DNA of 61,554 nucleotides, counting the filler, from Choristocarpus tenellus KU-1152 (taxonomy: Eukaryota; Protista; Phaeophyceae): assembly GCA_964200185.2 (NCBI GenBank). It is 11 parts of 11 records of this genome, joined end to end, with 100 filler letters (N's around TTAATTAATTAA, not from the genome) between each part and the next. Parts side by side here need not be neighbours in the genome. Positions count along the whole stretch, not along the records: positions 35,574 to 48,044 come from CAXNAD020001823.1; positions 48,145 to 53,303 come from CAXNAD020011663.1; 9 more parts are not named here. One strand, written 5' to 3'. The notes beneath the pieces were generated by a model, which worked only from the letters and a program-made list of their open reading frames with translations, searched no databases and was not told the origin of the DNA. Below are positions 38,489 through 51,100 of this stretch, piece by piece (positions within the stretch are counted from its first letter, which is position 1; each line of letters starts with the position of its first letter). The position numbers and the translations under genes were made by a program.

Positions 38489-41400
38489 CTGAAACCTGGT
38501 CAGAGTTTGGATTGAGGAGAGTGGGTAAGGCCTGCATTGCATGGGATATGCTCCATGGAGCCCTGTTACTAGGCATTGATGATTTTCCTGATACTTTTGT
38601 TTCTCCTGCTGCACAGTCAAAGGTGGCACAAGAACATTGGTAACAGTAACGTGAATTGCACTTAGGGAGTGATGTAATTCATTTGCACCTCCACATTTTA
38701 CGTCATTTGAGTGCTTTCTATGACAATTAGAGCTTTACCACTGCATATTGTGTTCCCCCACTGGTAAGTTTTCTTCCTTGCATCGTCCTGACACTACATA
38801 ACAGAATGTCTCACAATATACATACTTTCGAGTATACGAGTCACACCAAGTACATTCAATACCTTGCTACACCAAACTCTTACTGAGTGCTTTCTTCCAG
38901 ACTCAGTGTTCTCATCACCATGTAATTACTCCATAACTGAAGATCTCAAGAAGAATATGTAAGAGAATTGCCACAGCACATGGCAGTATAAAATTCCATT
39001 CTCACCTTCCACCTGAAGCAATCTGAAGTCGTTCAAAATGACCTACCTCAAACTGTACATGAGCGTATCAGTATCTAAGACCCACACCCAGACATCTTTG
39101 GCAGAACTTTGGGTAATTTTCAGGCAGACAGGGGGCAGGGGAGTTCAAAATACTAGACTTGGGCTAGATGTTTGACTGGCAGCTACTGAAATGAGTCAAG
39201 TTGACCCTTGCCTTGAGGCTGTGAAGAAGCACTTGACTGGCAAATGCAATGGCATTGTATCCTAAAATCGTTATGAGATCAACGGTTATCCTCACAGTCA
39301 CATAGCCTTGCCAATAAAGCTGAGACATCTCTAATCGGTGTCCATTGCAAACGGAACCATGTCCATGTCCTGTCTATGTGCATATTCCAGCAACAGAGTC
39401 AGGGGTATCTGCATAGTTGAAGAGGTGTCATTAATTGTACGCAACGAAAGTACATCACAAATTCGGAAGCACACATTATAGTTCCCTGTGCCATATATAA
39501 AAAACTTCGATGAGAATATGGAAAGGTACTCTCAAACCCTAGTACTCTAGTCGGATCAACAAGTGCTACACAAACTGCATTATGTGGGAGCACAGAAGCG
39601 ACCACTCTGCGAAAGAAGACATGCAAAGGTAGAAACACTATGGCCGAACCTTTCGAGCAAACAACGAGCACAATTGTACGACCAAGACTAATTGCCAAAT
39701 AGCTCGGTGAGTCTGTTAAGGTATGTGCCAAACCATACATACTTCAGAAGATACACAGAAAATATCCCCCTCTACGGTGGGAATTGATACCCCCCCCACC
39801 TAATTTTTGCACTAAAGGATTGTCATCAAATGCCTACCTAGGCTTGGGTTGTGCGCGCCCGCAAGTGGAATTGGCTGCGAAGTGAGAGTATCCGAAACGG
39901 TAACCCGAGTCTGGACTCTACCAACTCAGCTCTTCCAGGGAGGTACGGCTTGCAATTGGGGGAAAGCACAATCATCAAAAGCGTGGAATGTGTAACACCT
40001 CCCGGTTGAACCGCAGATATCGCACCTGTACCATGGGCGTGCTCTGAACTCCTCGTGCTCTGGGCCTTGTGGAGGGTTTGGCGCCAGTGTGGGCGGCATG
40101 GCGAAAGGTTCCTGTCGCATGCTGCTTCCTTGGAGCTCAAGGAGTACCAGACGTGAATCGATCTGCAGTGTTGAGGTAAAATTGGTCATGAAACAGCCTT
40201 CCGCCAAACGTGGACCCTTAAAACGTTGAAGAAGATCACCGAACCATCGGTGCTTCGATGAAGAATGAAGAGGACTCTGGTTACTTGGTGCGATCCATAG
40301 TTGGAAAGATATGTACAGGCAGAGGTAAATCCACCTTTCTGGACAATCACACACTCACCTGTACGTGTGTGATATACGGCGAACCTCTCTGGGCTCTTGC
40401 CTGTGGAGATCTAGAAACATATAGTAGTAGTAGTACTCACCTCAATCAACTTCTGTTATCGGTAATTCCATGTATTGTAGAGGCGTTTCTATTTGTAGAC
40501 ACAACCAATATCAACTCCACCACCATCAAAAACAAAAGACGAAAATTGAATACAGAAAAAGGAGAAAACCTTGACCAACGTAATAATAATAATAATAATA
40601 AACACTTTTCCATTTCCATGAATTGTGATAAGACACTTCTTAGACCTGAAGCATTCTTCTAAACCCGTATGCACCAATAGTTGAAGACTTTGTTGATTTC
40701 ACCTTGAGTGTATACCACAAACTCATATTATTCTTGAATTAAATCTGTAAATCCAACACTACGCTAAATATAGTATACTTTACAGGTTATTTCATTTGGT
40801 GGAGTACCGATTTCTGGTATAAGTTTCACACATCACACTTGATACTGGTTTGAAAGTACCGGACCTTACTCAATTTCAACCAATGTTGTTGGATCCAAAA
40901 CACTACATCTCCAACTAGTAAACTACCCTCGTCACCTGTTGATACATAGCTTTTACACTTTTACGTTCTATATATATTATTACTATACTTTTTTGACATT
41001 TTGGAGATGCGTCAAATGAAAACGCCATAGCATGATGGTGGTTACCTTGCATAAAAGTTGGATTGGGATTGAGAAGAAACAACCTTTTCCTCCTGGTTGG
41101 TCCCACATCTAAGTTTGTCTACATACCGACAGTTTGTTAAGTGAACTCGATTCAAAAGTGGTACCCAATATAGTTTTTGCTGAAAACTCTTTCGGTTCAG
41201 AAGATGACACCAGCAACAATAGTGTTTGTTTTGCTACTGAATTCTGGATTATTAATATTATCTCATTCCTTGGTTGCAATTCACTCATTCCCCATTCGTT
41301 TCCTTCCCCATGTATCCCCTCTTCTGACCAGCCCAGTGAAACCTCTTCGCCACTGATTTCCTATTTACCCCCCAACTCTAATGACCAACCAGTGCAAACC

Positions 41401-42408
41401 CCTTTCGTCACTGATTTCCAGTCACCCCCCACATTTGATGACCAACCAGTGCGACGACCCAATCGCCCCTGATTTCCAGTCACCCCCCCGACCCTTCAAC
41501 CCCACACAAGTTATCACTCTCTTCAACTCCACCGCAGTTACCACTCCAATCACTCCACAGCACTCAAAACCACTCCACAATCATCCAAGAACACCCCTTC
41601 ATGATCCACTTCATACCGTGCTTTTGAGCTAGAAGACATCTAACCCGCCCGAACTTCACCTCCCCCCTTTCCCATTGTTCCAATCAGTCGAGAGCAAGCG
41701 ACAGGGTGGGTGAGCAGGAAAGCTTGTTCGGAGGTTGTATTGTTCTCGCCCTCCTTGACCTGTACCCCTTGTTCTCAGCCCTCTTATCAGATACTGATCA
41801 TTTCTTCCCCATCCCTCTTCCTACAACTAATTATTTTATCCTTTCTACCCCTCTCTTAGTCAGTCATTCCTTAACTATTCGTTCCCTTCTTGCTTACTTT
41901 TCTTTTCTCTACCCTTGTCCTGTGCCCCCAGCCAACCAGAATTCTTCCGCCCACAAAACTCAGATTTAACTTTCATTTTTCACAGTTATGATATTTTATT
42001 TCTTTAGGTCTTATCCTGACATACGTATATTTTGTTTAATATTATTATGCCCTCTGACATACGTATAGTTTTCATTTGTTTTCCCCCTCACACATCCAAA
42101 ATGTCAGAGGGCATAATAATAAAATATTATAGCAGTAATAAAAATGAAGGGTGCATGTTTTGGTTCTATTTTGTTCGACTACCACAAAACACGTACTAGA
42201 AATCCATTCACCAGAAAAAATATCTCCAGAGAGGGAACCAGCACCAATACTGGACCAAACCTTTCAAGAACGTTCAGTTCTACACATTCACAATTGTCTT
42301 ACAACTCTGAACCCACCCTACATCCTACGAACATAGATTATCCTTGTGGATTCTGATCCAAATATTGATATGTGAAAGGGATCTGTGTCGATTTCATTAC
42401 CCAGCAAG

Positions 42409-45400
42409 ATGAAGAAAACACGCCAAAGGATATTACCCAAGATGTTTCTCTTGAAGCCTCAGAAGATCGAAGGTAGTTCTAATGGGCGAGACTAATTTTG
42501 TCTAGACTTGCCTATAAAGGGTACAATCCCAAGGATGTTAGGGAGATATTTCTGAATCTGACGCTTTGCGTCCTATCCCTGATCGCAGGTACGACCGCAG
42601 TGGTGGAACTGACACGAGAGCTGCAAGGGCAACAGGAAGGGTCATGGAGGGTGCCACCTGAAGCAATCGCCGACCTGGTCTTACTTGGAGCACGCCTCAC
42701 ACGCCTCAGCGTTCCGGACGAAGATTCGGAACGAACGCTGTTACTGTGGCTGTCAGAGAGAGGATTTCACGATGTTCTAGCACTCAAGGCATCGCCACAG
42801 GTTGGTCGTAGTGTAGGAGTCGACACTAGAACATCATCCCCGTCAATACGTTCTCATACGAGATCGTTGCAGCAGAAGGTGCAGACATGTGCAGTGCCGC
42901 TGTTTCCTTTGATTCGTGTGAGAGCAAGCAGTACCCCTTGACTCGCCTGCAATGCCCCCACTTGCCCCTACCCCACCCCCCAGCACCCCCACCTACTCTT
43001 GTGTTCAGTAAGTGATCAATTGAGGTGCATCCCTCTGGGCACCCTATCCTTTTCGCTTCGAAATTCCGAACACCCTCGACCCTCCGTGCGCCTCACCTGT
43101 TTTCTAACCTTGCCTTACCGGGATATTTTGTTCTTCTGTCATCTTGACGTTCTATTTTCACCTGACTCCCAACCTTTCATTGCCCCCCTCAACTGACTCG
43201 CCCACATGTTCCACCGACTCCTCTTTCCAGCCCTTGGTTCTATCCCCAGAGTATGTGCACCCTTCAGTGCTCGTCACTTTGTTACCACTCCCAAAGCGCC
43301 ATTCGTAATATTTAAGCCCTTCAATGTTTGACATCCTAATTCGCATGAGCATGTTCACCCCCACCCACTTCTAGGGTTGTAGTTAGGGAATGCCCTACTC
43401 CTGTTTTAGGCTCATCAGCCACACCTTACCCCTGTTGTCCATGCCAACCTTGACACAATGTTGGTATTTGCTCAGGAGAGTGCGTCCCGATCAATTCATG
43501 GCAAGAGGAAGGGGTGGCTGGACTTATGCCTGTGGGTGGACAGAGAACGCCTCATAAGGACGGCAATCAGCAAGGACCCACGGGTGATCAAAGTCTGAAC
43601 TCTTGATGCACTACAATGTCATCTATACGGGCAATGTGCCACAAAAAAAAATGTGACGGAATGCAAAGCAAGCATGCATGCAAAAAATAACCAAATAATT
43701 TAACCCTGCGATTTTAGTGTTGAATATTTTATGGTTTATATTGTAGCAATTTACAGCACTATTGTTATGTAGTAGTGAGACAGGGGAAAGTAGAGGCAAT
43801 GATGGATACCTGCTCTGCTGTGTATGTATGTCATGCTTGAAGCTTTTTCTAGACTGGGGAGTGTGCACATAGAACTCTGCATGCTATTATGTACCGTATG
43901 CATATTTATTCCTGGCATCCAAGGATGAGGGTCTGCGAGTTCTTTGTTCAAGATAGGGATTACAACCAATAAGAAATGAAGGCCGGTGAATTGACCTGAC
44001 CTATAGGGAGGAAAACGGTAGTACATAAAAAATTGCCACAATGATAGTGTCGTTGACAGATTCTATCTGGAGGACAAAAAATGGGGGCATACTATACAAT
44101 CATCAGCATTCGAAACCCTGCTCTCATTCAGCCTCCCTTATGTGTGATAATAAATCCTGCCCTTCCCCTGTACCATGTACTGTGTGTTCTTTGATTCCGT
44201 GCGCCTTGTCAGAAAATTCCAAGAAACCCTCAAGAATTGTCGAGAGAACAGAGAGCTTGCCTCGTTCAGGTGTCCCACCCTTCACCTGTCCCCTGCTGTA
44301 GACGCTTTATCGTCCACTTGCTACGGCCATTCCGCTTTATGCACATTGAGAAGACTCCCATCTTTGAACTGTGTTTCAGATCTTCCTAAAGCTTGTGTTT
44401 CCTTCACCCTCACAAAGTGAAAGATGAGACCATGACTAGACCATGACTGATACATGCGTATTTCCAGCAGACTGATCTCCAGTTTCCCACTGAAATTGAA
44501 GGAATTAGTGATGCGCTTAGGATCATACAGGGGTGACAAGTGCCATGTGTAAGTTTTCGTTGTGCCCTGCCTCTCCCTCTCCGGGATGTGAAAAACTCAC
44601 AGCATCCTCTCAGTATAGGGTCGGATTCCCATGTGATTTACACCTAGCTTGTTGAACACCCCCCTACACTACTATTGTGATAGCCTCCTAACAATACCTT
44701 GTAAGAAGGAAGAAAAAAAAATGTGTGAAGTATCAATCAAACAGAATCTCATTTGTGGGTGTATGCAAAGCACTAGCGTATTCCCCGAACCCAACTCTTT
44801 GTTCACATTGTTTGAGAGGGGGGTCAATACAGTCTTCAGGACTCTGATGCGTCTGCTACAACAGGAAATGAGATGGCATTGTTCGTCGTTTAGGAAATGT
44901 GTCAAGAAAACCTGTGGGGCTGGCAATGTAACTCTCGCCCCGATCCTGTCCCCCCATAGCACAGAAGTTTGTGAGAGTTAACACACGCCAGGGCTTGCGT
45001 AGTGAGGCTTTCGGAAGGGAGGGAGGGGGGTGCGTGTATGTGAATGCACTCCATTGCAACTCTTCTTGGTACTTTTTTATTTTTGACAAACAGCCCTTCG
45101 TTTTTTTTTCTTGTCCCTTGGTTTATGTATCATAGCGGACGGAGTATATTGGCGTGTGCATGAATTTTTGTAGTTGCTTTGAGGGCGGCACTCTCATTTT
45201 TTTTTTGATGTTTGTGATTTTATATTTGGCAGGCGTCTGCAGCGGTTCTGGAGGAGGCGAAGGCGATGAATATCCTCTCTTACAAGGACCTCTTCCTCCT
45301 TCACGACCAGACTGCTCTCGCAGAGGCATGGTATTGCCTTCCTTCTTTTTTATTTTTGGAAATATTTTTTTTGTTTCGACGAGAGTGTGGTGTCTTTTGA

Positions 45401-47520
45401 CGAATAGTACCTAGGCTATTGTTTGTGCAATGGGATCGTAACAGGAATTTCAACACTCTTCTCTCACGCTAGGAATATTGAAACAACCTAATGGTTGTTG
45501 ATTGTGAGTAGTGAGTAGTGTGTGTGTTTGTTTCTGTGTCTGGATGGTGAGCTAACTGTCCCTGCCTCTTCTTCGACTCTCCCAATTGTGCGTGCCAACA
45601 CCCACTTAAGCTTTTCCTCTCTAGGATTTTGGTTTCGAGGCAAGTTTTTTGTTTTGTGTTTCGTTTTTTTTTTCTATCAAGTGCTCTCGCATGGGGGCAG
45701 TATCAGGATTTTCTAGGGCCAAGAAACATGCATGAGTGTGACGTACTTGAGGGTTAGGGTGTGTTCCCCCCCGTCTGCTGTATACTGTTACAGTTACATA
45801 TCCTCAGAGAGGAGTTTAGTCCATTCCTGCAGCCAGGCGTGTGTACGTAGTTGCCATTTTACAGTGTAACGATTGCGTTGGCGAACCCCCTGCGTGTCTG
45901 CGAAGTCTTCGCCGTGTTTCTACTTTTCCCCGACCGTGTTGACTGACCCATGCGTGTTCTATCTAACCCACTTCAACTCGCCGCCAGATCACAAAGCTTC
46001 AGCGTTCATGGAACAAGTGGTGGGATGGAGACGATGCCCTGCTGAATGCAACTGCCAACTACTTTGGTGCGTGTACGAAATATTTGGTCTGTACCTGCAG
46101 AGCCCAGCTGGGCGTTGTTTGCAAGTCTGTGCGTGTGTTTGCTTTGTGATGTTGCAGGGGCACAATGAGAAAGTAATGTTTGTTGAGTAGTTTGCTGGCT
46201 TGAACTTGCCCTTTGTTGCTTGACCCACTTGCGCAATGCTTGTGTGGGATACAGCTCAGGGCACTGCTGATGGTATACATGTGAATCCATTTGTGCAGGC
46301 ACTAAGATAGGTTTCTATTTTGCGTGGCTGAGGTTCTACACCATGGCCCTTGTTCCCCCCACTCTCTTCGGGCTGTATGTGTGGTGGCATGAGAGCATGG
46401 ATTTGGACGACACGTGCTCCTCAGGTGTGTGTAACTTCGGAACAACATTTTTTTTTTGTGTGCCGGGGAAGGGGGGTGGGGGAGGGAGGGAGGGGTCGGA
46501 TGCAGCATTCGGATTGACATGATGTAAGTGGGTTCTTTTTTTCCGGAGGTGTCTTGACATAGTTTGAAGGCGATGATGTCTGGTGCTATGATGCTATTTT
46601 TTTCTCATTGAAGTGGTACAGTAGTGGCGTTGACCGTACAGGAAGGAGATAAGTGTAGGTTCAGTGTGGCACCTGGGAAGTGTCAAAATGCCCCCTCTCT
46701 GTACTGTATTGGATTGGGGAGGGGGATGTTTGCAACAAGATGGAGAATGGCTGCATGTGGGTGATGCAGTTAGTGCGGAGTTCTGGTTGGAGGACTGTTA
46801 GGGTGCTGCCAAATTTTCTTGGAAATTTCTACGCATGCAAGTGTTTCTCTTCTCTGTATATGCTTGTACTTACAAAGTCTTTATTTTTATAGTTGGGGGG
46901 GGGGGCAGGTTTTAACATAACGTGGTTTGTTGGCCTTGTTGGCCGATTGTATACGGATTTGTGTGCTTTTCTAAGGTGGGGGCTAGGGAGTTCCAGGTGG
47001 AGCGCAATCATTTACTATGTTGTTGTCGCTAGTCCAGCTGTTGTTGAATCCATTGTGAGACAAAGCAAACGAGAGGTATCCAGTTTTTGTCCGTTTTTGC
47101 ACTTAGAAGTCAGATTTTTCAGTATTTTTTTTATATTTCCCACCATATTCCTGCAGGATGAAGCGCTAGCTAGGCTTGACTTGAGAGCATTGAATTTTTT
47201 TATTATTGTTTGAAGCATTTCGACACGATCCAGAAAATATATCCTACACACACACACACACAGACACACATTTTTGCCCTGAAGTGCAACTCTTAGTGCC
47301 CTCTCCTCGTTTATACTATTGACCCTGTTTGAGATGAAAACAAAGCTAGACATTGTTGTCGGTGGTGTCTCTGAAAGTTGACAGGGATGGCGAGGTCACA
47401 CTGCGGTCGCCTTGGGGAACTAATTCCGTGGTGTCCTCTGTAGAAAGCCTGAACGGATGGTGTACTTGGAAGAACTACTTGACACCTGTCTTCAACCTAC
47501 TGTTGGCGGTCTGGGCCACG
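42409..47520 (+). CDS. Anoctamin/TMEM16 family protein (Ca-activated chloride channel / scramblase), 5' part
   Basis: Exons 42409-42472, 42589-42800, 43476-~43583, 44213-44269, 45233-45325, 45988-46066, 46299-46424 and 47378-47520. Spliced motifs FLLHD...W...NYFGTKIGFYFAWLRFYTMALVPPTLFGL and LTPVFNLLLAVWAT are the TMEM16 pre-TM1, TM1 and TM2 signatures. The first four exons are less certain. The gene is truncated by the contig end. Confidence 0.88.
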
Positions 47521-48199
47521 GTAAGAGGGCGTCGTTCATCCTCAAGTTTCTGAGGGGGGGGGAGGGGCTGTTCTGTGTTCTGCTTTGCGCCACTGTTGAA
47601 CTACTGCTTGTATTGTATCACACTCCCTTGATAATGTATCAGGGGCAAAGGAAGACTGAGGGGATGTATGGAGAAGGTAGGATATTGGGGGGGGGGCTGT
47701 TGGATAGGTGGGCACACTGTGGTGAGTTTTAGTTACCACCGTGGAGATTTGGCGATTGAAATTCGTAATTGTTTTGGTTTTCTCACTGTGGTTATTCGGA
47801 CCTTGCTATCAGGAGGGGGGGGAGCCCTAGTGAAAGCAGAGCAGAGAGTGGCACGCTTGGTGTCTTTACTGGGAGTGGTGCTAATGGCCGGATAGAGTGG
47901 AGGATTAGAGCAAATGGCTGGGTGATTGGACCTAGGGCAGGACTTGGAGTCGCTTGAGAGTTGAAGGGTGTCAGAAGGGAAGTTGTGGTAAGGATAATCG
48001 TGGGCAAAATAGTACCATGCTGCCAACGGAGGGGGGGATGGGGGNNNNNNNNNNNNNNNNNNNNNNNNNNNNNNNNNNNNNNNNNNNNTTAATTAATTAA
48101 NNNNNNNNNNNNNNNNNNNNNNNNNNNNNNNNNNNNNNNNNNNNAGCCTCTGCTATAATCTCTCAGACCCCCCCCCACAGCCCTCCCTTCCCTCCTCAC

Positions 48200-51100
48200 C
48201 CTTAATCTCCGGAACAGAGGGCACTAAGATGGAGTCCCCGGATGGCAGAACAACAGTCTCATCCCTCCTCGAGCGCAGGAGGACATTCTCCGGCTTGAGG
48301 TCAGTATGGATCAACTTCATTGAGTGCAAGAAGTCAATTGCCTTTTCATGTCACATTATGGGAAAAAAACATACGTAGGTATTTTTCGATTAAATTTGGC
48401 ACAGAACCAACAACACCTTCCGGTTTGTTCATTTTTGTTTTTAAAGGAAAACTATGGCTTGGGGGTGTATGTGCTGTTGAAAATGTGCTTCTTTTTCTGG
48501 ATGGAGTGGAGTTTCACTGTAGGAGATGGATGACAAACACTGCCTTTAAAAAAAATAGACTATTAAGTATCTCTTAAAGTTGGGATATTCTACGTCCATT
48601 AAGTTTTTTGGTACCAAGTAACATCTTAAATACATTAAACAGATTTTCACAACTGCTATTTACCTACTTTGATGTAACATGATAATACCTACTTTGATGT
48701 AACATGATAATACCTACTTCGATGAATAAAAAAAATTATGCAATAAAAAGTGGACAAAAAACTCCACAGGTCTGTTCATGTGTAGATTAGATGCACAGGT
48801 CTGCTTTTCCATCTTTGTACAGGAAATACTGGTAACACACATGGAATCATTTATTAACTTCAATTCACATACGTGTGTGTGTGCACGCGCATGTGCATAT
48901 AGATGACCCTGACACTAACCCTAACCCTAACCCTAACCCTAACCCTATAACATACAAAGTATAGAACGTTTCAAAACAACCAAATAGTTCCGGTTGAAGT
49001 TAGGATCAGATACACCCCTGGAAAACACACGAGAGCGACTTCACTATCCTCCCAGAAAATATACATAAAGGAGTCAGTCACAAAGATTCACACATACATA
49101 CATACATACATACATAACATACATAACATACATAACATACATAACATACATAACATACATAACATACATAACATACATAACAGAGTAGATACCAAAACAG
49201 CACAATAACCCACCAACCCAACCACACACACCTGAAGCAGCTGAAGGGAAATCGGTCTCAGAGTGCCCATCGGAAACCCTCGATAGGCGTTCTTCTTAAG
49301 GTAGTCGTACAGAGACTGACCCAGGCACTCAAACACGAGGCAGCAGTGTCCCTGGTAATCAAACTGGGACAGCAAATCTACACAGAGGGACGACCTCCAT
49401 GCGGCTCGCTGTGCTTCCCTCCTGTTCACATCTCTGAGGATGTCGGCCTCGATGAGGGCCGATTCGTGATATTTCCTCACCTTTGCCACACAGCACACCC
49501 AATCCAAAATATTTTTATTTTTTATTTTATATATATATATATATTGCACAAAAAAAGAAGAAATGTGGAGTTCTTAAGGGAGAGGGCGGGAACCGACACA
49601 ACGACAGATAGGGTTAGGACAGTATGGATCTGCATTCAGGGCACCTTGTTGGGTGTTGTCAACGTATGCATGTGCACCTGCAAAGGATGAAGGATGAAGG
49701 ATGAAGGATGAAGGATGTGTATGCGAACACGGTGACAAAAAGGAGTATTAGGAGAGGAGTTGGGGTTCTGAGTTTGAGGGGAAGGAGTCCCTCGCCTAAA
49801 GGAATGGACCAACACTTGCTTTGAACAAGACCGATAGCTAAGAATCGGTTCTTAGAGGTTCATGTCCAGCAGCAACCGGAAATGCCGTGGCATCCACCAT
49901 AGTTGTTCATCACTGTATCACTGCATCACAGGCTAGTGATACATACTCAACTGCCAAACTGAAGTGAATAATGAACATTCATTTACGAATATTTGTCCCA
50001 ACCCCTTTACTCTCGACTTCCCCAGAACAATTACAACCAATCAACGCTGGGCACGGCAGTATTGACCAATGGGTTGAAGGGATAATAATAATGGAGATTA
50101 GGCAGACACTGCACTCTGTACCTCACTCAGCTTGACAAACCGTAACTCAAATTGAAGAGACACAGTAAGAGACACAATAAGAGACACAATAAGAGACACA
50201 ATAAGAGACACAATAAGAGACACAATAAGAGACACAATCCTTACATCAATTGAAGAGACAAAATCATTGATCATTTGAAAAGGATCAGTCCTTATATCAT
50301 TACATATTTCCAACAGAGCTGCAACCAGCTGCCAGCTTCAAACCCATCAACATATTCTTCCACAAAAATGACACAAAAGGATGGGGTGGGGGTGGGGGGA
50401 GTGGCATTGAAACAGCAAGCAAAGTAGTAGTAGCTATCACTAGATAAGAAGCACAGTGCGATTATGTAACTGTCATATCGCAAACTACCATTATGTACCA
50501 TTATGTAACTGTACTGCCCTCAATCCCAAACTACCCGTGTTGCCTCATACCGCCATCCTTTCCTTCTGCCCCTGTACTGTCTTCAAGACATTAAAAAAAG
50601 AAAGTGTGTTCTCATCAAAACGGTGTTGTTCCATAGAGGGAAAGTGAAGAGGAACAATGCAGCACACCATCGCCTATTGCATCCAATCAGATAACAATGT
50701 ACCAAACAGCCAACCACCTACCAACCTACCTACCTACCCAGAGCATTTCTCCACAGGTACATACAATCTCACATCTAAAAGAGCCCTCAAAAAATCATAA
50801 AACAATAGCGTTCCTTTTCACCCCCCCCAAAAGGGGGTCCTTGTACAATGTGAAAAGGCTTATGGTTTGCTCTGCAGCAATAGCACATACTTTGGTGTAA
50901 GGGTTAGGTTTTTTGTTTCAGTAAGGCAGCATCGACACGAGTGAGTATGCTTTGTCTAGTGCCTTGCGTTGGCCTAAGAAAAGGACTTGAAATGTAAACA
51001 AAAAATACCTCTTTTCCAAGAACTACACCAACAATGCATACACAGGGGCATGAGTAGATTGTTTGCTGTGAGTCAAATCATTTAATCGACAAAACTGTAT

